A DNA stretch of 64,000 nt, from positions 256,001 to 320,000 of the forward strand of contig CAVPSB010000015.1 of NCBI GenBank assembly GCA_963708025.1, given 5' to 3'. The position numbers were made by a program, and so were the translations under genes. Under the pieces are notes generated by a model that saw nothing but the letters and a program-made list of their open reading frames with translations, did not search any database and was not told where the DNA came from. The stretch is from an uncultured Candidatus Rokubacteria bacterium (lineage in GTDB: Bacteria > Methylomirabilota > Methylomirabilia > Rokubacteriales > DASRDR01). Below, in pieces: positions 1-9,873 of the stretch. The stretch's first letter is position 1. Every line of letters begins with the position of its first letter.

Positions 1-2
1 AC

Positions 3-290
3 GAGGCCCACCCCGCCTACCGCCGCGCGGCCGCCTCCCGCTCCGAGGGGTACCACCTCGCGCTCGCCGTCGCCATGGCCCTCGCCTCGCTCGCGGTCGA
101 GCCCGGCCAGGCCCGGCGCTTCATCACGACGTTCCTCGACGCACTGGGGCCGCGCCGTCGACCGCCCGGCCCCCGGCCGCCGCCCCCGGTCCCGCCGCGC
201 CCGCTGAGAGCCTCCGGGGGGCCGGAAGGGCCCTCGGAAGGGCATCAAACGGGCTGTGGCACCCGCCGCCGGGACCGTGGTATCGTTTGA
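3..290 (+). CDS. 3' end of a gene running in from the left edge, unknown function
   Basis: Frame 3 is open from the edge (EAHPAYRRAAASRSEGYHLALAVAMALASLAVEP...) with GC-rich codon use. The Pro-rich tail and stop position are uncertain. Confidence 0.45.
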   Translation, partial: EAHPAYRRAAASRSEGYHLALAVAMALASLAVEPGQARRFITTFLDALGPRRRPPGPRPPPPVPPRPLRASGGPEGPSEGHQTGCGTRRRDRGIV

Positions 291-318
291 CACCTTCCCT
301 GGGAGTGGAGGGCCGCCT

Positions 319-528
319 GTGCGCCGACTGGCTCTCACGCAGCTCGGTAGCTTCGAGGCCCGGCTGGACGATGGGCTGGTCCTGACCTTCCCGACGCGGA
401 AGATCGAGGGCCTGCTGGCCCATCCCGCTCCAGCGCCGGGACAGGCCCCCCCACGCGACGACCTGGCCACCGTCCTCTGGCATCCGCATGGTCCGCGTGC
501 CAGCCCACCGAAACTCCGGAGGAAGTGA
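319..528 (+). pseudogene. Truncated N-terminus of a SARP/AfsR-type (winged helix + BTAD) transcriptional regulator
   Basis: VRRLALTQLGSFEARLDDGLVLTFPTRKIEGLLAHPAPAPGQAPPRDDLATVLW resembles the typical start of this family. Similarity ends after ~55 codons. Confidence 0.6.
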
Positions 529-542
529 GCGAAGCCGGAGTG

Positions 543-2947
543 ATGCGAGGAATCCTGGCGACGTCGCTCCTGGGCTTCACGCTGACCGCGTGCGCCGCCG
601 CGCGGGAGCCCTCCACGGCCACGCCCCCGCCTCGCGCGGAGCGGCCGGTGTACGCGGTAGGCGACCGGTGGATCCGGAGCGACGGGGTCTACGACCTGAT
701 CCGGATCGAGGACGACCGCTACGTCTTCTCGGCGGGGCCGGACCGGGAGGTGCAGCTCACCCGCGACCTGGGTCTGGCCAAGGTGGTGCAGGGTCTACCA
801 GCGCCTGGAGTTCACGCCGCCGGCTCCACCGCCCTGGCCGCTCGAGGTCGGCAAGGTGGAGCGGACCGCCAGTGCCGTGACGGGCTCCGCGGTCGAGCAC
901 ACCGGACGCGGGTCAGGGGGCGCCGGGTTCCGCGGCGGACCCGTCGAGCTCACCTGGACGGTGGAGGGCTACGAGCAGCTCGCGCTGCCCGCGGGTCGGG
1001 CCGGCGCCTTCCGCGTCTACCTCGAAGTCCGCTGGCGCCGCAACCGCCTGGTGTTGCTCTCGGAGCTCCGCCTCTGGTACGCGCCCGAGTTCGGCCAAAT
1101 CGTGAAGGCGGAGAGCCGGGAGCTGAGCCCGCTGAACTTCGAGGTGGTGGCGCTGGAGCGGGAGGCGCCCGCGCCGCTGCGGGTGACGCTGGAGACGCCG
1201 GCGAACCGGGTGCGGGTGACGGACCCGCGGATCCAGGTGACGGGGCGGGTGTCGAGCGGGGCCGGGGTGCGGCGGGTGGTGGTCACGCTGAACGCCGTCG
1301 AGGTCGCGCGGCTGGAGGAGGCGCCGCCGCGGCCGGTGGTGCGGCTGAACGTGCCGGTGACGCTGCGCCGGGGCCAGAACGTGCTGCTCGTGACGGCCGA
1401 GGACACGACGGGCGAGACCCTCCAGGAGGCGCGGACGGTCTTCTACGACCCGGCGACGGAGGCGTGGGAGGCGCGCGGGCTGCTGGCCGGGCCGGGGCCG
1501 GTCCGCGCGCAGGCGCCGCCGCCGGGGGCGGGGCTGGAGATCGCGCTGGTGGAGCCGCGGGACCAGGCGCGGGTGGAGCAGGACGGGGTGGCGCTGGCGG
1601 GGCTGGTGCGGAGCGGGCAGGGGGTGAGCCGGGTCCTGGTGACGCTGAACGGGCGGGAGGTGGGGCGGCTGGAGGAGCCGGGGCGGCCGCGCTCGGTGGC
1701 GCTGAACTTCCCGCTGACCTTGCGGGAGGGGCGGAACACGATCGTGGTGACGGCGACGGACCACGAGGGGACGCACTACCAGGAGGTGCGGGCGGTCCAT
1801 TACGAGCGGGTGCTGCCGCTGACGCTGGCCATCCGGTACCCGGAGGACCGGGCGCGGCTGACGGACGAGGTGACGGTGCTGGCGGCGGTGCTGACGTCGA
1901 GCCGCGGGGTGGCGCACGTGGCGGTGGCGGTGAACGGGGCGGAGGTGCACCAGCAGACGGAGCGGGCGCCGCAGCAAGTCGCTGGCGATCGCGGTGCCGG
2001 TGACATTGCGGCCGGGGGCGAACGCGATCGTGCTGAGCGCGAGCGAGCCCGACGGGACGCGGCGGCAGGAGATCCGCACGGTGGTCTACGAGCGGGCGCG
2101 GGGGGCGGAGGCGGCGCCGCCCCCGGTGGCGGCGCCGGCGCCGCCGGACCCGGCGCGGTGGGCGGTGGTGATCGGGGCGGGGCGGTACGAGGACCCGGCG
2201 ATCCCGCGGCTGCAGTACACGGTGCCGGACGCGGAGGCGCTCCACCGGTTCCTGACGGGGCCCGGAGGGTTCAAGCCGGAGCAGGTGCTGCTGCTGACGG
2301 ACCGGACGGAGCGGAAGCCGACGCTGCGGAACCTGAAGTGGGCGCTGGGGACGTTTCTGGCGCGGTCGGCGCGGAAGGAGGACACGGTCCTGATCTTCTT
2401 CGCGGGGCACGGGGCGCCGGAGGTGGACCCGCGGGGGCTGGAGCGGGACGGGCTGGCGAAGTACCTGGTGCCGGCGGACGCGGACCTGGACGACCTGTAC
2501 GCGACGGCGCTGCCGATGGACGAGCTGCAGACGATCTTCGGGCGGCTGGAGGCGGAGCGGGTGGTGGTGTTCCTGGACGCGTGCTACAGCGGCGAGGCGG
2601 GGGGGCGGACGTTCTCGTCGAAGCGGACGCGGGCCGGGCAGCTGGACGAGCTGTTCCTGGAGCGGCTGACGCGGGCGCGGGGGCGGACGATCATCGCGGC
2701 GGCGCGGCCGACGGAGCTGTCGCTGGAGCTGCCGGAGCTGGGGCACGGGCTGTTCACGTACTACCTGCTGGAGGGGCTGAAGGGCGCGGCCGACGGGGAC
2801 GGGGACCGACTGGTGACGGTGCAGGAGCTGTACGCGTACGTGGAGCGGCAGGTCGTCCAGCGGTCGCGGGCGGTGGGGGCGAGCCAGCATCCGATCATGA
2901 AGGGGGAGATCCAGGGGCCGCTCCCTCTGGTGAAGCTCGGCCCATGA
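543..2947 (+). CDS. Lipoprotein with N-terminal variable domain, three Ig-like repeats and C-terminal caspase-like (peptidase C14) domain, copy 1 (frameshifts near 796 and 1977)
   Basis: Signal/lipobox MRGILATSLLGFTLTAC; repeated ...VTLN...L..G.N...VTA.D..G beta-sandwich units; caspase motifs RWAVVIG, FFAGHG and FLDACYSG. Joined from ORFs 525, 856 and 1994. Confidence 0.8.
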
Positions 2948-2974
2948 CCGGCGAGAAGCGACGGAGCCGGAGTG

Positions 2975-5377
2975 ATGCGGCGAATCCTGACGTGGTCGCT
3001 CCTGGGCGTCACGCTGACCGGGTGCGCCGCCGCGCGAGAGCCGTCCACGGCCGCGCCTCCGCCGCGGGCGGAGCCGCCGGTGTACGCGGTGGGCGACCGC
3101 TGGATCCGGAGCGACGGGGTCTACGACCTGATCCGGATCGAGGACGAGCGCTACGTCTTCTCGGCGGGGCCGGACCGCGAGGTGCAGCTCACCCGCGAGC
3201 TGGGTCTGGCCAAGGTGGTGAGGGGTCACCAGCGCCTGGAGTTCACGCCGCCGGCCCAGCCGCCCTGGCCGCTCGAGGTCGGCAAGGTGGAGCAGGCCGC
3301 CAGTGCCGTGACGGGCTCCGCCGTCGAGTACAGCGGACGCGGGTAAGGATGGGTGGGGTTTGGCGGGGCGGACCGGTCGAGCTGACCTGGACGGTGGAGG
3401 GCTACGAGCAGCTCGCGCTGCCCGCGGGTCGGGCGGGCGCGTTCCGGCTCTCGCTGGAGATGCGGCACCGCTATTACCGGCAGGCCGGTTCAATCGGCGC
3501 TCCGGCTCTGGTACGCGCCCGAGGTGGGCCAGATCGTGAAGGCGGAGAGCCGGGAGCTGATCCCGCTGAACTTCGAGGTGGTGGCGCTGGAGCGGGAGGC
3601 GCCCGCGCCGCTGCGGGTGACGCTGGAGACGCCGGCGAACCGGGTGCGGGTGACGGATCCGCAGATCCAGGTGACGGGCCGGGTGTCGAGCGGGGCCGGG
3701 GTGCGGCGGGTGGTGGTCACGCTGAACGCCGTCGAGGTCGCGCGGCTGGAGGAGGCGCCGCCCCGGCCGGTGGTCCGGCTGAACGTGCCGGTGACGCTGC
3801 GCCGGGGGCAGAACGTGCTGCTCGTCACCGCCGAGGACACAACGGGCGAGACCCTCCAGGAGGCGCGGACGGTCTTCTACGACCCGGCGACGGAGGCGCG
3901 GGCGGCGCGCGGGCTGCTGGCCGGGCCGGGGCCGGTCCGCGCGCAGGCGCCGCCGCCGGGGGCGGGGCTGGAGATCGCGCTGGTGGAGCCGCGGGACCAG
4001 GCGCGGGTGGAGCAGGACGGGGTGGCGCTGGCGGGGCTGGTGCGGAGCGGGCAGGGGGTGAGCCGGGTCCTGGTGACGCTGAACGGGCGGGAGGTGGGGC
4101 GGCTGGAGGAGCCGGGGCGGCCGCGCTCGGTGGCGCTGAACTTCCCGCTGACGCTGCGGGAGGGGCGGAACACGATCGTGGTGACGGCGACCGACCACGA
4201 GGGGACGCACTACCAGGAGGTGCGGGCGGTCCACTACGAGCGGGTGCTGCCGCTGACGCTGGCCATCCGGTACCCAGAGGACCGGGCGCGGCTGACGGAC
4301 GAGGTGACGGTGCTGGCGGCGGTGCTGACGTCGAGCCGCGGGGTGGCGCACGTGGCGGTGGCGGTGAACGGGGCGGAGGTGCACCAGCAGACGGAGCGGG
4401 CGCCGCAGCGATCGCTGGCGATCGCGGTGCCGGTGACACTGCGGCCGGGGGCGAACGCGATCGTGCTGAGCGCGAGCGAGGCGGACGGGACGCGGCGGCA
4501 GGAGATCCGCACGGTGGTCTACGAGCGGGCGCGGGGGGCGGAGGCGCCGCCCCCGGTGGCGGCGCCGGCGCCGCCGGACCCGGCGCGGTGGGCGGTGGTG
4601 ATCGGGGCGGGGCGGTACGAGGACCCGGCGATCCCGCGGCTGCAGTACACGGTGCCGGACGCGGAGGCGATCCACCGGTTCCTGACGGGGCCCGGAGGGT
4701 TCAAGGCGGAGCAGGTGCTGCTGCTGACGGACCGGACGGAGCGGAAGCCGACGCTGCGGAACCTGAAGTGGGCGCTGGGGACGTTTCTGGCGCGGTCGGC
4801 GCGGAAGGAGGACACGGTCCTGATCTTCTTCGCGGGGCACGGGGCGCCGGAGGTGGACCCGCGGGGGCTGGAGCGGGACGGGCTGGCGAAGTACCTGGTG
4901 CCGGCGGACGCGGACCTGGACGATTTGTACGCGACGGCGCTGCCGATGGACGAGCTGCAGACGATCTTCGGGCGGCTGGAGGCGGAGCGGGTGGTGGTGT
5001 TGCTGGACGCGTGCTACAGCGGGGAGGCGGGGGGGCGGACGTTTTCGTCGAAGCGGACGCGGGCCTCGCAGCTGGACGATTTGTTCCTGGAGCGGCTGAC
5101 GCGGGCGCGGGGGCGGACGATCATCGCGGCGGCGCGGCCGACGGAGCTGTCGCTGGAGCTGCCGGAGCTGGGGCACGGGCTGTTCACGTACTACGTGCTG
5201 GAGGGGCTGAAGGGGGCGGCGGACGGGGACGGGGACCGGCTGGTGACGGTGCAGGAGCTGTACGCGTACGTGGAGCGGCAGGTCATCCAGCGGTCGCGGG
5301 CGGTGGGGGCGAGCCAGCATCCGATCATGAAGGGGGAGATCCAGGGGCCGCTCCCCCTGGTGAAGCTCGGCCCATGA
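2975..5377 (+). CDS. Lipoprotein/Ig-repeat/caspase-like protein, copy 2 (frameshifts near 3343 and 3495)
   Basis: Lipobox LTGC; same architecture as copy 1; FFAGHG and LLDACYSG intact in ORF 3524..5377. Confidence 0.8.
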
Positions 5378-7222
5378 GGAGTCCGCGCCGCGCCCGCCTG
5401 CTCCGGCTGTGGGCGGTCGGTGGCGTCGCCAGCCTGCTCGTCACGGGGATCTCCGCGCTCGGCTGGCTCGAGCCCCTCCAGGTCCGCGCCCAGGATCTCC
5501 TGCTCGCCCTCCGGGGCCAGACGACCGCCGGAGGCATCGTCCTCGTCGAGATCGACGACGAGGCGTTCGCCCGGCTGGGATACCGCCAGCCGCTCCCCCG
5601 CGAGTACCTGGCGCGGCTCGTCCGCGCCCTCGGACGGAGCGGCGCCGCCGTCGTCGGCCTGGACGTCTCGCTGGCGACGCCGACCACGCCCCGCCGAGGA
5701 CGCCGCGCTCGCGGGCGCGATCCGCGAGCTGGCGCCCGACGGCGTGAGCCGCGTGGTGCTCGCCGAGACGCGCGCTCCCGAGGGCGGACCGCTTGCCGAT
5801 CCCGCGCTCCGGCGGGCGGTCGTGCGTGGCGCCGCCGAGGTGCCGTTCGATCGCGACGGCGTGATCCGCCGGGCCGCGTTCGTACTCCCGCGGGGTGCCG
5901 GGCCGCCCGTCGCCGCTTTCAGCCTGGCGGTCGTGGGTCGCCTCGGGGGGATGGACCAGGGGGCCCTCGACGCGGCGGTGCGCGAAGAGCGCGGCGCGCC
6001 GCCCCTGCCGGCGTGGCGGCGCGACGGCGCCCGCGCCGACGATCCGGCGCCGGTACCGCTCCAGGCCGGCGAGCTGGTCCGGATCAACTTCGTCGGGCCC
6101 GCGCGAAGCTTCCTGACCGTGCCCAGCGATGCCGTCGCCGCCCTCGCGGCGCCCGGGGCCGAGGTCGCCGAGGACAACCCCTTCCGCGGGCGGGTCGTGC
6201 TGGTCGGCGGCACGTTCCGGGAGAGCCGCGAGTTCTACCCGACGCCCTTCGGCCCGATGGCCGGCGTCGAGGTGCACGCCAACCTGGTCCACATGCTCGC
6301 GACCCGGAGCTTCGTCCGCCCGGCCCGCTGGGGTCTCGGCGTGGCGCTTCAGCTCGGTCTCGTCCTGCTGGCCGGCCTGGCGTTCCTGTGGCTGCGGCCC
6401 CTGGCGGGGACGCTCGTCTCGGTGGGGGCAGCCCTCGCGATCGCGGTCCCGGCCAGCTACTGGGTCTTCCACGCGCAGGGGCACTCGGTGGACTTCGTGC
6501 TCCCGGTCCTCACGACCTGCCTGATGGGGGCGGGCACCGAGTGGCTCGCCCGCCGGCGCCTGCGCCAGGCGTTCGGGCGCTACGTGAGCCCCGAGGTCCT
6601 GACGCGGGTCCTGGCCGACGCGCCGAGCCTCCGCGGCGAGCGGCGCCGGGTCACGATGCTCTGCTCGGACCTGCGCGGGTTCACCGCGCTGGCGGAGGAC
6701 CGGCCGGCCGAGGCGGTGGCCGCCCAGCTCAGCGAGTACTTCGATGCGATGACCCGCGCCATCCTCGCCCACCGGGGGATGGTCAACGACTTCGTGGGCG
6801 ACGCCATCATGGCGACCTTCGGCGCCCCGATCGCCGACCCGGACCACGCGGGGCACGCGGTGCAGAGCGCGGTGGCGATGGAGCAGGGGCTCGCCGAGCT
6901 GAACCGGCGCTGGGAGGCGGCTGGGGTGCCATGCCTCCGCATGGGGGTCGCCGTCCACACCGGGGAGGTCTTCGTGGGGAACGTGGGCGGCCCGGTTCAC
7001 CTGAAGTACGCCGTCGTGGGCGACCCGGTGAACGTGGCCGCCCGCCTGGAGAGCCTGAACAAGGATCTGGGGACCACGATCCTGGTCTCGGAGGAGACGC
7101 GGGCGGCCCTGGGCGACCGGGTGACGGTGCGCGACCGCGGCACGATCCCCGTGCGCGGGCGCACCCAGCCGCTCCGGGTCTACGAGGTGCTGGACGTAGC
7201 GCAGCAGGAAGGGAGAGCGTCG
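5374..7222 (+). CDS. CHASE2-domain membrane class III adenylate/guanylate cyclase (frameshift near 5690)
   Basis: ATGA overlap with the caspase stop. CHASE2 motifs IVLVEIDD, VVGLDV, DRDGVIRR and TPFGPMAGVEVHAN; three TM helices; FGRYVSP, SDLRGFT, FVGDAIM and GDPVNVAARLE. No stop before the next ATG. Confidence 0.85.
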
Positions 7223-8170
7223 ATGCGGGCACGCGTGGCGATCCTCGGCGCGGTGGCGTGGCTCGTCGGGTCGGGGCTGGCGTGGGCGGCGGACCCGGTG
7301 GCGGTGCTGACCGAGATCCGCCCGGGCCAGGGCGAGGTTCGCGTGAAGCTGGCCAGCGAGGCCGACTGGAAGGCCCCGCGGCCGCTCCTGGCGCTGCGCC
7401 CGGGAGACCAGGTGCGGGTCCTGGGGGACGGCCAGGCCGTCCTCGTCTTCACGGGCGGCCAGGCTACCCAGGTGGTGACCCAGGCGAACTCGCCGTTCGC
7501 CGTGCAGGCGCCCCGGCCCGCGAGCGGCGCCGAGCGCGTCCGGGGGCTGCTCGGCAGCCTGACGGAGTTCCTGCTCGGCCAGCAGAGCGAGCCGGCCTAC
7601 CGGCCGCTCACGACGCGGACCGTGCGCCAGCGGCCCGTCATAGTCTCGCCCCGGGAGACGCGGCTCCTGCCCGGCCCGGTGCGGCTCGAGTGGCAGGGCA
7701 CTGACCACCTGCGCTACCGGATCCGCGTCGTCGGCCCCCGCGGGACCGTGTGGGAGCAGGGCGATCTGCCGCGCCAGCCCTACGAGTACCCGGGCGTGGC
7801 GCCGACCCTGGACCCCGGCGTCCGCTACGTATGGGAGCTGGAGGCCCGCGGCCACCCGTCGCAGCAGGCGGCCTTCGAGCTGCTCCCGGCGGTCGAGGCC
7901 GACCGGATCCGGGCCGACCTGGCGCTGCTCCAGCCGGGCGCCCTGGCCGGCGTCCCGCGGAACACCGTCGTCGTCCTCCGCGCCGGGCACCTCTTCCAGG
8001 AGGGCCTCTACCACGAGGCCCGGCGCGAGCTGCTGGCCGGCATCGCGGCCGATCCCGACGAGCCGACGCTCCACCAGCTCCTCGGCTGGGTCTACGAGCG
8101 CACCGGGCTCCCGGACCTGGCCGCCGAGGCGTTCGCCGAGGCGCAGTTCCTCTCGACGCGCGCGCCCTGA
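7223..8170 (+). CDS. Secreted protein with FecR/DUF928-like N-terminal region and C-terminal TPR (in frame with the cyclase in this sequence)
   Basis: Own RBS (ggaagggag) and Sec signal MRARVAILGAVAWLVGSGLAWA; TPR-like end GLYHEARREL...LLGWVYERTG. Family assignment is tentative. Confidence 0.6.
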   Translation: MRARVAILGAVAWLVGSGLAWAADPVAVLTEIRPGQGEVRVKLASEADWKAPRPLLALRPGDQVRVLGDGQAVLVFTGGQATQVVTQANSPFAVQAPRPASGAERVRGLLGSLTEFLLGQQSEPAYRPLTTRTVRQRPVIVSPRETRLLPGPVRLEWQGTDHLRYRIRVVGPRGTVWEQGDLPRQPYEYPGVAPTLDPGVRYVWELEARGHPSQQAAFELLPAVEADRIRADLALLQPGALAGVPRNTVVVLRAGHLFQEGLYHEARRELLAGIAADPDEPTLHQLLGWVYERTGLPDLAAEAFAEAQFLSTRAP

Positions 8171-8193
8171 GTCGCGTGAGAAAAGGGGGAGGT

Positions 8194-9654
8194 ATGAGGA
8201 CGCTTTCGCTGGGGGTCCTGACCGGGGCGCTGCTGGCCGGGATCGCCGGGCCGGTCGCCGCCCAGGAGACGAAGCCGGGCTTCATCGTGAGCTTCAGCGG
8301 GGAGCTGCGGGTCCTGGGCTTCGCGGACAACAACATCTTCGACTTCACCGACACCGGGAAAATCAACCGGGTCGTCACCCGACCGATTCCCGGCATCGGC
8401 GTGATCGACCAGTGTGAACCGCCCCCCTGTAACAAGGACAGCGATGCCTTCTATTTCCAGCGCTGGCGGCTGTTCACCACGGTCGAGTCGGCCGACCTGA
8501 AGGCGCGCGTGGTCTGGGGCGCGGAGGTCGGCGACATCACCTGGGGTGTGGGCGGCGGAGCCTCCGGAGACGAGTACGGCACCGGCACGACCAACCGGTT
8601 CGGGACGAGCCGGGGCGGGGGCCTCGGCGCCGACGGCGTCAACGTCGAGACCAAGAACCTCTACCTCCAGTTCGACATCCCGTGGGTCCCGGGGATGAAC
8701 TTGCTGCTGGGGGCTCACAACATCCTCTTCATGGACTCGCCGCTCGGGGCGTTCCTGGACGACGACGCCTGGGGCATCCAGCTCAACTGGCGGCGGGAGC
8801 CGGTCGCCGTGCAGCTCTGGACGGCGAAGATCGACGAGAACGCGCGGGCCGACGCGGACGACAACCAGTTCTACGCGGCGCGGATCTGGGTGGACGTGAC
8901 GAAGGACGTCACCGTGAGCCTCGAAGGGCTGATCGTCGATGCCCAGTGCTTCGGCCGCCGGGAGCCGGTCCCGCCGGCCACGACCGGCACCTGCTTCTCG
9001 GCCGGCTTCGGCGACAACCTCTGGATCGGCAGCACCGTCCGGGCGACCCTCGGGTCCGTCCGGCTCGACGGCTCGGTCGTCTACGGCCAGCGCCTCCAGC
9101 TGTGCCCGGATTGCAGCGACGGGGTGGCCCGGGCGCGGGGCTGGGGCGTCCAGGCGAGCGCGCGAGCGCCCGTGGGGCCGGTGAGCCTGTGGGGCCAGGC
9201 CTGGTACACGACCGGTGACGACAAACAGCTCACCGGCGGGCCGTCCTCGGTCGCGTTCATCCCGCTCGCGGGAGACTCGGACAAGCTGCCGCTCCCGATC
9301 CACCAGGCCTCGTGGTACAGCGGGCCGCTGGTGGCCGAGTGGCTCACCGGGCTCAGTACGCTGGGCGCCCCCGGTGTCGGCAGCGCCAACTACGGGGATA
9401 TCACGGGCACGTATGGCGCGGGCACGTCGGCGATCGTCAGCCTCACGCCGGCCCTGTCGACGGGCGCCGGCCTCGCCTACGTGGGCGCCACGGACGCGCC
9501 CGGAATCTTCGGGAAGCACGTCGTGGAGCTGGACGCTGCGGTCTTCTACCAGTACAGCCCGAACCTCCTCTTCACGCTGCTCGCCGGGTACCTGGTCCCC
9601 GACACCGAGGACCACGCCTGGGGCATCGGCTTCCGGACCCGGTTCCTCTTCTGA
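8194..9654 (+). CDS. Outer-membrane beta-barrel / porin-like protein
   Basis: RBS ggagg, signal peptide, alternating amphipathic strands, C-terminal Phe (GFRTRFLF). Confidence 0.7.
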   Translation: MRTLSLGVLTGALLAGIAGPVAAQETKPGFIVSFSGELRVLGFADNNIFDFTDTGKINRVVTRPIPGIGVIDQCEPPPCNKDSDAFYFQRWRLFTTVESADLKARVVWGAEVGDITWGVGGGASGDEYGTGTTNRFGTSRGGGLGADGVNVETKNLYLQFDIPWVPGMNLLLGAHNILFMDSPLGAFLDDDAWGIQLNWRREPVAVQLWTAKIDENARADADDNQFYAARIWVDVTKDVTVSLEGLIVDAQCFGRREPVPPATTGTCFSAGFGDNLWIGSTVRATLGSVRLDGSVVYGQRLQLCPDCSDGVARARGWGVQASARAPVGPVSLWGQAWYTTGDDKQLTGGPSSVAFIPLAGDSDKLPLPIHQASWYSGPLVAEWLTGLSTLGAPGVGSANYGDITGTYGAGTSAIVSLTPALSTGAGLAYVGATDAPGIFGKHVVELDAAVFYQYSPNLLFTLLAGYLVPDTEDHAWGIGFRTRFLF

Positions 9655-9805
9655 TCTCACGGAGAACAATTCCCGGCACCGACGGGGGCCCCCTCGAGGC
9701 TAGAATCACAACGAGAACGGTGGTGCACGTGGCGATGTGCACGGACCGCCGTCTCCCGACCTGACGCCGACGCATGGGACCCTTCGACCGCCAGTCCCCC
9801 TGTGC

Positions 9806-9860
9806 GCCGAACGCATGCTTCAGCGCCTGCGAAACCGGTCGGCTGACGCAGAAGTTGGGC
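9806..9860 (-). mobile_element. Integron attC-like recombination site downstream of the toxin gene
   Basis: Minus strand reads GCCCAAC-ttc-TGCGTCAGC...GCTGAAGCA-tgc-GTTCGGC: AAC/GTT end boxes plus an inner imperfect inverted repeat, 55 bp, 13 bp after the toxin's likely native stop. Confidence 0.6.
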
Positions 9861-9873
9861 CGCCGCGGCGGCA

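Larger units (their letters stand above)
530..5377 (+). repeat. Direct tandem duplication, period ~2432 bp
   Basis: ATGs at 543 and 2975; both copies end ...gtgaagctcggcccatga. The Ig and caspase parts are nearly identical by eye. Confidence 0.95.

Noticed and set aside
860-3560. Diversity-generating retroelement (TR/VR pair) explaining the caspase variation
   Set aside because: No reverse transcriptase in the window; differences are not adenine-specific and include indels.
856-7704. 2282-aa ORF and other long G/A/R/P-rich shadow ORFs on either strand
   Set aside because: Artefacts of high GC content and frameshifts; only short stretches are in the true coding frame.
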